DNA from: Eledone cirrhosa
Taxonomy: Eukaryota
Assembly (NCBI GenBank): GCA_964016885.1
Contig: OZ024742.1
Span: forward strand, 261,578,001 to 261,642,000
DNA length: 64,000 bases
Reading direction: 5' to 3'
Below, piece by piece: positions 41,342 to 53,674 of this stretch. Positions within the stretch are counted from its first letter, which is position 1; each line of letters starts with the position of its first letter. The translations under genes were made by a program, and so were the position numbers. A model generated the notes under the pieces. That model did no database searches and was not told where the DNA came from. It saw nothing but the letters and a program-made list of their open reading frames with translations.

Positions 41342-41631
41342 CATACATACATGTTTGGGCAAGCATATATATATATATGACAGTTGAAAATTGCAAACTT
41401 GACTGTCACCACAGAATATGAACCTGAAGATTGCGAAAGCATGAAAGTATTTGTTCAATTAACACTTAACATTTAATATTCTACCATACTATTTCATTAT
41501 AATATCATTATGATTTTAAAGGATTGTAAATAAAACGAGTAAATCAGACAAAGTTGGAATTCTTTTTATTAATATAATCTTCTATACACAATCATACACA
41601 CCCATGTATATTTATTTATTTATATATATAT

Positions 41632-41727
<96 letters not shown>

Positions 41728-41904
41728 ATGTATGTATATATATATATGTGTGTGTGTATGTGTGCGTGCGTGTATGTGTTGTTTGTGTTTGCTTTATTCT
41801 TATTTTTAACTCCTCTTTATAGTTAACATGTGCGATTTTTCATTGGTGTGTTGGGGTGGCTGGTCGTTTCGTATTGTTTAGTGTCAGTTTCTCTTCGGTT
41901 TTAA

Positions 41905-43700
41905 TATTCTACTTCTTCTTTACCCACTTATTCCTGAGAGGGTGGTGGAGAAGAGCCCTCAAACACTTTTTCAAGCGGGTCCTGTCAGATGCAATTTCTC
42001 CAATTAATCTGGCTGTATCCCCAAGCATGACCAGCCGAGATTATTATGATTGTTATCCAACCATCTTGCTTGGGGTCTACCTCTGGGTCTCCTACCGGTT
42101 GGTTTTGCTCGTAAAATCTGTCCAGCGATTCTTTCCTGGGACAATCTAGCCACCTGCCTGTAATATCGGAGTTGTGATCTCTCAATTCGGAGAAGTAACG
42201 GCTCTACCTGGAGTGACTCTCTGATCTCCGAGCTACGCACTCTATCGAATAACGTTACTACAAAAACCCCTCGGAAGAATCCCATTTCAGCCGTTTGTAT
42301 TCGTGATCGTATTCTTTCGGTTATTACCCAAGATTTATTACCATAGGTTAGGGTTGACACGAATACCGAACTGAAGTTAGCGAGTTTCGCTTTTACAACC
42401 ACCTCCCTTCTGATCAGTGAATGCTGAATCTGGCGCATTACTGCATCAGCTCCTGCAATTCTTGCACTTAATTCAGTCTCCTGCCTTTCTGAACACGGCC
42501 CCGAGATACTTGAACTTCTCCATCTGTTTCAGTGGAATTGCACCTACATGTAGGGTGCACTGCGCAGGCTTCCTTGAGAGGACAGTAAAGGTGTCCAAAG
42601 TTATGACATGGGAGGAATTTGGGGCTAACCTGGAATCCGACTTCACATTAGCAAATAAAGTGTTCTGGGAGACAATCCACCGACTTCGTAATAAGAAGTC
42701 TTTTCCACACCTATCAGGAACGCGTCTGGGGTTCTCTGTTCAGAAACGTGTATGCTCGTGAGATGAAGAGATGAAGAGAATACGTTGTTGATCTGCTAAA
42801 CCGAGTCACAACAGCATCTTCTGGTGCACACGAGGTGCATCTGGGAGCAATTTCTAAACTCTCAAAGGTTGGTGTCACAAGAGAAATCAAAGAGCTCAAA
42901 TATGGCGAGGCTGCTGGGGAGGATGAAATTCGTTTCGAGATGTTAAAAGCCTTAAATGAAAAAGGTATTCTCTGACTGGCTCGTGTGTGCCAGGTAGCCT
43001 TGGTATCTGGAAAGACACCTAACCAATGGCAATCGGGGATGACAATCCCAATTTTCAAAATGGGGGATAAAAGAGATTGCTCCAATTACAGAGTGATCTT
43101 GTCAAGCGTCTCCGGAAAAGTCTATGATAAGGGTCTGGCAAAGAGAAGCAGGGAGATTATCGAGTCCAAGCTAGCTGGTGAACAGTGTGACTTTCGCCTC
43201 GGACACAGCACAAACGACCAAATATTCACACAGCAGCAGATCTTTGAGAAATCGTGGGAGCACTGCCAAGAGATGTATGCTTGCTTCGTAGACCTCGAAA
43301 AGGCATGCGACCACGTTCCACGGGACCTGCTGTGGAAGGTTCCTCAGTAGTATGGGATCAAAGGAGAGTTTCTTGTTGCTCTGATGTCTCTATACGAATG
43401 CTCAAGTATTTGTGTTCAGATAAATGGCGCTTCATCGAAACCATTCAATGTGGGTGTCAGACTATGCCAAGGGTGCGTACTCTCACCTCCCCAGTTCATA
43501 ATCTTCATGAACTGGATTGACATGTACAGTCGGGCTGAAAGTGATATCACGACTGGCGGGTGTAAGATCAGTCGCTTTTTTGCAGACGACATGGTATTAC
43601 TAAACTCATCAGACATGCACTTATATGATGCCAAGTGCTGCACGGCTGGAATGAAAATTGTACTGTGAAGTTTAAGATACTTGTCCTCTTAAGTGAAGCT
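41905..43700 (-). mobile_element. RTE (Expander/Rex3-like) LINE fragment with 5' inversion
   Basis: Minus 41905-42582 encodes the RT C-terminus (KFKYLG, EPLLLRIERSQLR, RPRGRP..RWLD). Plus 42583-43700 encodes the upstream RT (PIFKMGDKRDCSNYR, FVDLEKA.D, FADDMVLL). Confidence 0.85.
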
Positions 43701-44395
43701 TGTAGCTTCACTTGAGAGTTATGGGTTCGTTAAGTAGGATAGATTTGAATTGAACTAATGGGTGGTTTGATCGGTTTTGGTTCTAGTTATTAAGAATGTA
43801 CCTTATTTCTGTGGATTTATATCGGGTTAGGTTTGTTGGGTGTATATGGGGTGGAGAATATTTCTGGTAGTTATACTGATTATGTATGGTTGCAACACCC
43901 ATCACGCAATGGTGTAGAAATCGTTGCAGAGAAATATAGAAACGTCACAATATGACAGCTGTAGCTAGATGATGTCTTTTATTCCCTACCAGTAATTGGT
44001 GCAGTTTGGATGTTGTTTTGCCCGGACGGTTGAAGTATGGTTTTGAAGGAAGTGTTTGATTTTTACTTTGTCTTCTGTTGTACGAATCTGTTGAGTGAAG
44101 TTGAATACAGATTTGTGGATTGCGTTTGCTTAAGTTCGGGGATAGTATGGAATTGCTGTAGATTTGTTTACGTTCAAGTTAAGCAATTAACGGTTTTAGT
44201 TACGTATATGCATGTTGTATTTTGATACTTTGTGGTTTATACTATTGACGAGATTTTGAAAATTGTTTAGTTTATCAAGATTTTCCCTCCCAAAAATGAA
44301 GCAGTTGTTCAGGAATCTTTTCCAGTTTTCTTTTATATGGCAGCTGAATTCATCCTCATAAATTTCTGAAGATTTTTTCGTAGACTTTTAATTTA
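43700..44395 (-). pseudogene. Degenerate PLE RT fragment
   Basis: Minus strand IKENWKRFLNNCFIFG...NFQNLVNSIN, a decayed form of WxRYIDDxF. Confidence 0.5.
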
Positions 44396-44399
44396 CGTT

Positions 44400-44620
44400 A
44401 TCCCGATTCCGGGGTAGGCAACACCAGGCAATGTCTCACAGCCGCTCTCCATGAATTTCTGTCCATAGTATCGACATCGACCAAGTTCCATTTATACAAA
44501 TCACTCTTCACGCACTCCGACCACGTCTTCCTTGGTCTGCCGCGATCTCTAGTGCCAGGGATTGCCATGTGAGTGATGGAGTTGATGCATCACGTGGTTC
44601 GCTCTACATGTCCGAATGGG
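44400..44620 (-). pseudogene. RTE-type LINE 3' fragment
   Basis: FGHVER...RGRPRKTWSECVKSDL...DRNSWRAAVR. Confidence 0.7.
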
Positions 44621-44852
44621 TGTAAATAAATAAATAAATAAAAGAATGCATATGTGTATATATGTATGTTAAAATATATATGTTCTTATACATGTATTTT
44701 CCCTCTATGTGGGTGTTATTTTGTATGTATGTGTTTACCTTTTTCTATTCTATATATTTTTTCTTTCTTTTTCTATAGATTTTATATATTCATATAGTTT
44801 ATGAGGAAATAGATTAATTTCTTATGTCTTTATGTATGTGTATATATATATA

Positions 44853-44886
<34 letters not shown>

Positions 44887-45176
44887 TGTGTTTATTGGTG
44901 TATGGGTGTGATTATGTATGTATTTTTACATATGTGTATATGTGAATGTGCATACACCATTTATTTGTAAGTGTTAGGTATGCATTTATGCTTTAATTGT
45001 TTATGTATGAGCATGTATGTATTAGTATATGTGTTGTGTATTTGTATGTATGCGTAGGTATGTGTAGGTATATGTAGGTATATGTATTTATTTATGTATG
45101 TGTGTATATATATATACTTGTGGGTATATATATACTTGTGGGTATATATATACTTGTGGGTATATGTATATGCATG

Positions 45177-45223
<47 letters not shown>

Positions 45224-45225
<2 letters not shown>

Positions 45226-45312
45226 ATGATATTAATAAATGGAAACTATATTTATAAAACCATATTTATTCTGTTATATATATTTCAAAGGTACCAAAAC
45301 TTTGGTACGCTC
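45224..45312 (-). mobile_element. Fragment of the pLTR of the PLE at 53439-57079
   Basis: Near-identical to 53439-53528; truncated inside the hammerhead helix II. Confidence 0.75.
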
Positions 45313-45319
45313 TCATTAC

Positions 45320-48300
45320 CTGGATAGGTTAAACTTGAACGTCTGATTCCTGGATATGTCAGACTACTCCTCAAGATCTGGCGAGGAGGATATGTAGAAA
45401 CCCAGCAACACAAAAACAAGAGCTGTCAAAGGGTGGATGAAGTCCACAGAATCAACATCAATCCAGCCCAACTATGGGTTAAATAGCCTCACCAACCTGC
45501 AATTAGCCAAGCGTGGAGAGTACAGCCACACCCACTGGAGAGGTAAAACTCTATGACAATAGCACATGCGATCCTCGCAACTGCCTTAGCTTATCACGGG
45601 ATTGAATGAGTTTTATGTGTGTAGCACAAGCGTGTCGCATTGTTTATCTTTATATGCAGATATTTCTTCACAAGTCCAACGGCGATGGAGGAGTGGCAAC
45701 GTGTTTAGACACGACCGGTTAGAAGCACATGGTTACAAATCTACACTGCACTGTTAACCTGAACAGTAACATGCTTCAGTGGAGTCTTGAGGGTCTGAGC
45801 AGTCCTTTTTGAGGACACACTGTTCACCTATACCACATGGGAAGGGTCTAGAAAAAGTGACCTAAACAAAGCCTGTTCAGTCATCAAACTGGTCAGCAGC
45901 CTGCTGTTGGTGGTGGTTCATAATAGCAAGGCAAAAACGAAAAGATACTATAAAAAGTACAGAATGAATGTCGGTACTTGAAATATAAGGACACTTCTTG
46001 TGTAACCTGAACACCGAACTGGTTTGATAGCAAAGGAATTGGCTTGATATGGTATTGACATAGCTTCACTCTCTGAAACACGAGTGAGTGGTGAGGGTCA
46101 GTTGATAGATTCCGGAGTGGGTTACACCTTTTTCTGGAAGGGCAAGCCTGAGGGAGAGAAACGTGAATGAAGTGCAGGCTTTGCGATTCAAACTGAGCTA
46201 ACCAGCCATCTGGAGCAACCCAATGGCGTTAGTAACAGAATCATGGTCCCCAGAGACACCTTACTGCACAGCCGTTCTTTGGCTATATTTTCTGTTTATG
46301 CTCTGACTCTCTCCAATAAGGCCATAATGGCATTAAAGATCTTCAATCTGCCATTGTCAAAGTCCCCAAAACAGACAAGATTCTACTTCTTGATGATTTT
46401 AACGTCAAGGTTGGTAGCGATCACGAGATTGGGAAGCATGAATGGCAATGGACTGTACCTTCTTCAGCTCTGCACTGAATTTGAACTGGTCATTTGCAAC
46501 TCCTTTTTTCACCAGAAGGAAACTCAAAAGGTTACTTGGATTCACCCAAGATTCAAATATGGGCATATCCATGATTATGCATCTGTCGTAAACGAGATCT
46601 TCAGGATGTCCGCACAGTCAGGGCTATACGTGGTGCTTATCATGGTCTAGTACGTGGAAAAATGAAATTTTGCATCAAACGTAAAATATCTCATGAAACA
46701 AGGCTTTCTAGACCTGTCAACATGTGGTGATTGCAAGACCCGGCGATTCGTAAGTATCTGAGTGGGGGATGGAAGAAACTTAATTTGACGGCACATGGGA
46801 TCGGTTTAAGACCGCGATCTAGTGTTGAAATCCTAGATCTCAGGAAAAAGAAACATCAGGACTGGTTTGATGAAAATTATTCTCAGATCAACCAGCTATT
46901 GAAAGCAAGAAATGATGCTCACCAAAAGTTTTTGAATGCTTCAGATAACGACCTTGCTTCAGTTTTTTAAGGACGCAAAATCTTTGCTCCAGCGCGGAAT
47001 CTGTCAGATGAAAATTAGTTGGTGGTCAGATATTTAAATGCAGATTCAGACTTCCTATGATCGAAAGGACTCCAAGGCATTGTACCACCTGATCAATCAG
47101 TCCTTTGGCCCTCAATCAGCGTCAATGGTACCACTCAGGTCCAAGGACGGGTCTGTTCTTTTAAAGACTCGGACAGTATGATGGAACGCTGGAGCAAGCC
47201 TTTTACTGATCTCTTATAATCCCTCAGAGTTTCATACAGATATCATCAATAACTTGCCTCAATTGTTTAATTCATGAAATGTCAGATCATCCTACTCTGG
47301 CAGAGGTCCAATAGACTGCAGAAGAGATTAATACTGGGAAGACGTCGCGTCTTGATGGCATTCCTGTCGAGGTCTTGTTTCATGGGGGGTGACAAAATTA
47401 CTGTGGAGATTTACCGTTTGATTTCTGATATCTGGTCGAGTTCATCAAGACTGGATTGATGCGATCGTTGTTTCCTTGTTCAAGGGAAAGTGGTCAAAGT
47501 CAGCACGTGGCAAATATCGGGGAATACGCCTTCTTGGAGCTGTGAGTAAAGAATTTGCAAAACTTCTCCTTAATAGGCTTACCAATTGGATTTTCCCTCG
47601 AGTGATACCGGAGACACAATGTGGTTTTAGGTCGGGGCACAATAGACACCACCTTCTCGGCTTTCCAGCTGCAGGAGAAATGTTTAGAACATCATGTGGC
47701 TTTATACCAGGTTTCTGTTGACCTTACCAAAGCTTTCGACTCTGTGAATAGGGTTGCCTTGTGACCATTCTTGGTAAGGTGTGATGCCCTCCGGGTTTCG
47801 TGAGATTGTTCAAACACCTACATCGAGGTATGAAAGGGAGGCTTAACTTCAATGGTTCTCTGTCTGAACCCATAGCCATTGACAATGGAGTTAAGCAAGG
47901 GGATATCCCATCACCATCTCCGTGACTCTCACGTATGCGTTTCAGAATTGCAATGCCTGTGTGTATCTGCGTTTCAGGACCACGGGTAAGGTTTTTAACT
48001 TGGCACACTTTAAGGTCAAATCAAAGACTTTCCAGTCTGTCATCAGCGAGATGCTGACGATGCAGACCTTGTTGCATATACCGGGGAAGACATGCAGACA
48101 ATCTTGGACCTGTTTTCTGGGGCATGCACTGCTTTCGAGCTTACTCTCAACACAGAAAACACCTAGGTCGTGTACACATCCCCTCCTGAGCAACATTACG
48201 TCGAGTCCAACATCTTTGTTCAGGGTCAGAGATTGATGGTTGTTGATACATTTGTCTACCTTGGTAGTGCTATCTCCAGATATGGTTCCTTGGACTCCGA

Positions 48301-49203
48301 AATCGAACTATGGATCGAAAAAGCCAGTAAAGCATTCGGTAGGCTGGAGGAACGAGTCTGGTCGAAACAGAGGCACTAAGATAAGTGTTTACCAATCATG
48401 TGTCCTGACTGCTTTCTTATACTCTTCTGAGACTTGGGCCACATACCGACATCTTATCAAGATTCCACCAAAAATGTCAAAGGTGTATTTTGAACATTAA
48501 GTGGCAGTCATTTACACTTAACAACGTTGTTTTGCACGGGCCAATACATACAACATAGAAAAACTACTCATTCAAAACCAACTGCGTTGAGCAGGGCATT
48601 TAGGGCGGATGGGAGATGAGAGGTTGCCTAAGCAAATTTGGTATGGAGAGTTAATTCTTGGTAAACGCCCTGGACACAAACCAAAGAAATGTTTCAGGAG
48701 TGGTGTCAAACGCAACCTGAAGACACGTGCTGATGATTGAAAAGACGAGGCAGAGAGTCTGGTTTGTGATGGTTGTGATCGCTTTGAGGTCAAAAGGATG
48801 GAACATCCGGTGTTTAAAAAGGTGATGTAGACTCAGTCCTGGAGGATATCCGGTCGGAGCATGTCTGTAACATCTGCGGAAAGGTTGTTCTCTCTCGTGT
48901 CTGGCTTGCTAGTCATTTAAGAGCTCATAGTAATCAAAAGTCTGGAGGTGATATGTTGGTGTCCTCCCTGAAAAGCCTGCGGGATATTTGTGTCAGTTTT
49001 GTAACAAAGCCTGTAGGTCATCTGCTGGACTCAAACAATACATGAGAGTGCATAAGGAGGAAGTTACGTCCAAGATTGTCCGTGAGCCTCGTGTGTGTCA
49101 CATCTGTAAAACAGTATGCAGGGCGAGGCAGGTTTGCGGACACATAGCCTTTCAACACAACGTTGAAGAGATGGCCCTCTTCTGTAAAGAAGTGGCAGTT
49201 ATC

Positions 49204-49205
<2 letters not shown>
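45320..49205 (+). mobile_element. Full-length but heavily degenerate RTE LINE (APE, RT, C2H2 tail)
   Basis: ETRVSGEGQL...YTFFWKG, FFHQKETQKVTWIHPR, KHQDWFDEN, IPETQCGFR, FVYLGS.IS, RLPKQI.YGEL, CQFC..C..H; 3' hairpin then (TA)n. Confidence 0.9.
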
Positions 49206-49241
<36 letters not shown>

Positions 49242-49272
49242 ATATTGTTATATTGTTATATTTCGAGAGAGT

Positions 49273-49637
49273 CATGTTGCCAATAAAAACATGTACTAGA
49301 TGATTTTCGCTTCGGTTTTATTATTATTAGTTAGTCATCTTATGTAATTGTCGAAGATCTTTCGCCACACATTCTGCGACCTCATCAATGGCTATTTGTG
49401 TTCCTCTGTGACTCCTTTTCTGGGTGGAGTAGATAAAATGGAACAAAACGAAGGGGAGGCACAGAGGAACACAAACAGTAATTGATGAGATCGCAGAATG
49501 TATGATGAAAGTGCTTTGACAAATACATAAGATGACTAACTAATAATAATAAAACCGAAGCGAAAAGCAAGATAACGAAATAAAAATGATAAAACTGAAG
49601 TGAAAATACTAGTGCGTATGTTTTTATTGATAACATG
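49273..49637. repeat. Diverged fold-back element with a decayed hammerhead in each arm
   Basis: Arms catgttgccaataaaaacat... / ...atgtttttattgataacatg; TTGATGA..GAAAGATCTT on the minus strand and TTGATGA..GAAAGTGCTT on the plus strand. Confidence 0.7.
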
Positions 49638-49899
49638 AATCTCCCCAAATATAACACTATCTTTCTTCAACACACGATTTCACATCAAGAGCATGCACTA
49701 CAAAAACATAAACGTGTATGTATATATGTATATATATACTTTGCATGGCAATAAAGTCTTTAGAATAGTATGCTGTGTGCTGTATATAGCAGTAAATGTA
49801 TTTAATATTAGTTGGAATTTGAACTTTGTTGTACGCGTGTGATATTCTATGCATAATTATCTTGCTGTCATTTTTGTGAGTTTATAATACATGAATCGA

Positions 49900-50234
49900 A
49901 CTACTCAATCCACAAAAACTTTTTTCCAGAGGAGAAGAGTGGCAATGATCAAACAATCACCTTATAGACCCGACTTAAATTAGTGCGATCGGTGGGTGTT
50001 ATTAAAGCAACATCTCTGAAATTTTGTTTTCGTTTCATTAGAAGAGGTGATAAATGAAATGTGGCATTGGTTTCGACAATTGTCGAAGGAACGGTGCCAG
50101 AAAGAGTTAAATGCTCGGCATAAGCTCTCTAAAGATGTTGGTGGGAAATTAATTTTTGCCGAATAAATAAATTTTAGTTTCAATATGTTATGCATTTTCA
50201 TTTAAAAGGTTATTCTATTATTGCCACGCCATGT
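49900..50234 (+). mobile_element. mariner transposase 3' remnant
   Basis: SPYRPDLN*CD (decayed YSPDLAP.D) and a TIR-like end ...ttgccacgccatgTA. Confidence 0.55.
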
Positions 50235-50262
50235 ATGTATGTATATATATATATGTGCGCGC

Positions 50263-50324
<62 letters not shown>

Positions 50325-50428
50325 TTTCGTTTGAATGAAACAGTTCTAGTCCTGTAGAAGAAATTTATTTATTAAACTTGATATATATGTGTATTTATAT
50401 ATATGTGTGTATATATATATATATATAT

Positions 50429-51032
50429 CAGGTCACCAGTTGGTGCTACTGGCAACATGTATCCCAGTACAACCTGTCCCATGGTCGGGTCGTTGGCGAC
50501 TAAACTGGCAACCCCACCAAGGTTTCTTGGTGAGTAGGGTGACTTTGGACATCCTGCAGGACTAAAAAAAAAACCTGTCAAAGGGCAAAGGAGCTCTTAA
50601 GAGTCAATAGCCATCCAAAATCACCGGGAGAGATGACCCCTTAGCCTTTGTCAAGGCAGAATTCTATGAGAAGGAAAACTCTGATATAACACCTGCAACC
50701 CTGATGGTATCCAATGATGTTGACTTGTTCTTCTTTTTGGTAAATATCATCTTGGTTAAGAGAGTGGGACTGGCTTTGTGCAGTGCCTTTGCTCACTATA
50801 AAAGCTTCACGGCACAGGCATTGCTTTATATCTGGAGATCTCTCTGCACTTGTCGTCACATGGTACCATGGGCCCAGCACTATGTGTCAATAATTGTCAC
50901 AAGTGTAGTGTTTGTACCAGAGTTTTCAAGTCGCTGGCTGGACTAAAAAGTCACACTCGTTCAGCGCATCGGTAGGGGTTCTCCTACATGGATATAAAGT
51001 AGTGGCCGTACTCGAAAACGAGTTGGCAGCCA

Positions 51033-51036
<4 letters not shown>
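50429..51036 (+). mobile_element. RTE-derived non-coding element, subfamily A, copy 2
   Basis: Near-identical to 605-1210; flanked by (TA)n. Confidence 0.9.
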
Positions 51037-51091
<55 letters not shown>

Positions 51092-52403
51092 ATGTAGAAA
51101 AGTAACACACTAGTTGATATATATAAAAACAAATAGTAGAAAGGAAAAAAGATCCTTTCAGTAGAAAATGTTTCAGTGAAATATCAAAACATTAATATAT
51201 TTCCAATACCGGTTTTAGCATTAAATGCATTGTAAATTGTGGATATGCAGAATATTGTTAAGTTGCATATTTGTACAAATAATGATTTCTTTATTGGCCA
51301 CAAGGGCTGATAAAATAATGATAATAGTAATAATTGTTTCTACTTTTGGCACAAGGCCATCATTATATATTTGTCAGATAATAGTAATAATAATGATAAA
51401 GGCAATGAAAATAAAATAAAAAAGGGGAAGAAAAAATATTAATTTTCACATACATGTTCATTCGGAGAAGTCATTTCTCTGTGTCCGTACTACTCTGCTT
51501 CTAGCTTGGTTGTGACAGGTAGAAGGAGAGGGTAGAGGGAGGAGAGTAGAGGAGGAGAAGAAAGAGGGGTGTTGGCAGACTGCTGTGTGTAGCCCTTTGA
51601 GGAGTGGATACAAGTTTAAGCTGGGATTGGTTTGAAAGGCCGGGTGACCGTAGAGTTGACCGAGGAGGGGATTGATTACTTCTAAAAATATCTATCTTGA
51701 TATTTTTTCTTAGAAGAAATCATCAACATTGACCTTGTGTTTTGCCACAAAGAAGATTCAGAGTTATTGAACTACTAATTCCATCCCTAGTAGGAATTTC
51801 AGATTTAGGGGGAATGGAGACAATTTTGTCACAAAAAAGGGGTTCAGAGCCATTGGAATGCTCATTCTATCTACAGTAGAAACTTCCAGATTCAGGGGGA
51901 TGTAAAGCATTTAGTTTGACACCTGAATGATTCCATTTATCCGATTATTTTCGTGGAAGTCCTCCAGGGCTAGCTGATATGGGTGTTACTATGTGGTTGC
52001 TTGGTCTGCATTATATATTTGTCAGAGGTTGCTGGAATCTTGGAGTAGGTTACATTATTAAAGGGTTAACTGGGTAATTGCTGGCCTTGTGCCTAAAAGT
52101 AGAAACAATTATTAAAGGGTTAATTTGTCTAGGGCGTTAATTATAAAGTGTGCCAGCTTTAGTTTAGTCCGAAGTGGAAGCATTTAGAAGGGGTTCATAT
52201 TTGGCGATAAATTGTGATTCCTTGCTAATGCGGTGGGTGTAGGAAGCGTCTTTGAATTTGTAGATGGGAAAAATTCTAAAATTGGGTTGTACATTAGATG
52301 CGCAGGTCGCGATGTGTTCACTTCGTGCTTTCTTTCTGTATGTGATGTTTTCTTATTTCATTGTGTGTTGCAGGGGTGTCCGCGTAGTTGCTGCGCAGTT
52401 GGG

Positions 52404-52913
52404 TTAAGAGGTAAGGGTAAGGTGTTGCCTTCTTTTTTTGGTAGGGGGGGGGATATTTTTTTGTTGGTTGTTGAGCAGTGTTTGAGTGGTGTTTAGGTTT
52501 TCTTGTTTTATGAAGGGGTTGTTGGAAGCGTATTCTGTTTGAAAGGTTGTTCCATAGTTTAAGAACCAAGTTTCGCTTTTTTCCCAGCGTTGAAGGGATT
52601 TCAGTTCCTCCTTGTTGCAATCCTCTATCCATAGTTTAGAGATATTTTCTAGGTTGGTGCCTTGAGTCTTTTTGTTAATTTCTTGGTTGATCTCTTCGTT
52701 GATAGATTTTAATTTATCCTCATTTGTCTGAGCTCTCAATTTTAGAAGTTCAATTTCTGTCTTTATTTGTTCCAGTGCCATTCTTTCCCTAAGTCGTCTT
52801 TGTCTCTCGGGTTCATCGGGGATGGGTTTAATCTTTAGTTTGCGGGGAAGAATTAATGGGTATGAATTGAGCCATTTTTCATAAATCTCCGCTTTGTTGT
52901 TGTTTTGGATCAT
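52404..52913 (-). CDS. Coiled-coil ORF of unknown function, probably retroelement ORF1-like and degenerate
   Basis: 169-aa non-repetitive K/E-rich ORF; an overlapping shifted frame continues to about 52318. No RT was found downstream. Confidence 0.4.
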   Translation of the reverse strand: MIQNNNKAEIYEKWLNSYPLILPRKLKIKPIPDEPERQRRLRERMALEQIKTEIELLKLRAQTNEDKLKSINEEINQEINKKTQGTNLENISKLWIEDCNKEELKSLQRWEKSETWFLNYGTTFQTEYASNNPFIKQENLNTTQTLLNNQQKNIPPPTKKRRQHLTLTS

Positions 52914-53282
52914 CTTCCAAAAGGAGAATTTTCTGTCTCTGGGTGATGTGTTCCATTGTGGTATTATTTGTTTTTTTTATTTTGTATGTTGTTAGTGTAT
53001 CACTGCCACGAAGTTCCTCGTTTGTTTGTCTTAGGTTTGTGTTATTCGTAAAGTATGTTTTGATCGTTTCACATAGGTTGTGAAGTTTTTCGCTGATTTG
53101 GGAGGAATTGTATTTGGGGTTGGTTTCCTCATTTGTCGAATCTAGTTTGTTAACGAGTACTGACAGATTAGTGTTTATTTTCTACAGTTCCTTGAGTATC
53201 TCTTCAGAGCTCAAGAGAAATAGCCATCGAAACGGCTTGAGCTCTGCCGTCGGGGTCCAACATTTTCATATATATATATATA

Positions 53283-53352
<70 letters not shown>

Positions 53353-53674
53353 AGAGATATTTAATTTGTTGGAAATCCAACAAATATAGATGTTTATAAC
53401 TGATTCAGAGCACTCGACAGATTTCTGGAGTAAGTATTCAATGATATTAAATAAATGGAAACTATATTTATAAAACCATATTTATTCTATTATATATATT
53501 TCAAGGGTACCAAAAATTTTGGTACGCTATCATCAGATAAAATACAAAATGTTTTATAAATATTTGACATGACCAAAGATAATATACCTTAACGGTTCAA
53601 GTTATCCCTGGAAAGTGAAGGGAAGAGAGAAGAAAAGTCAGATATTTAAAATTATTAATATGAGTATGCAAAAT

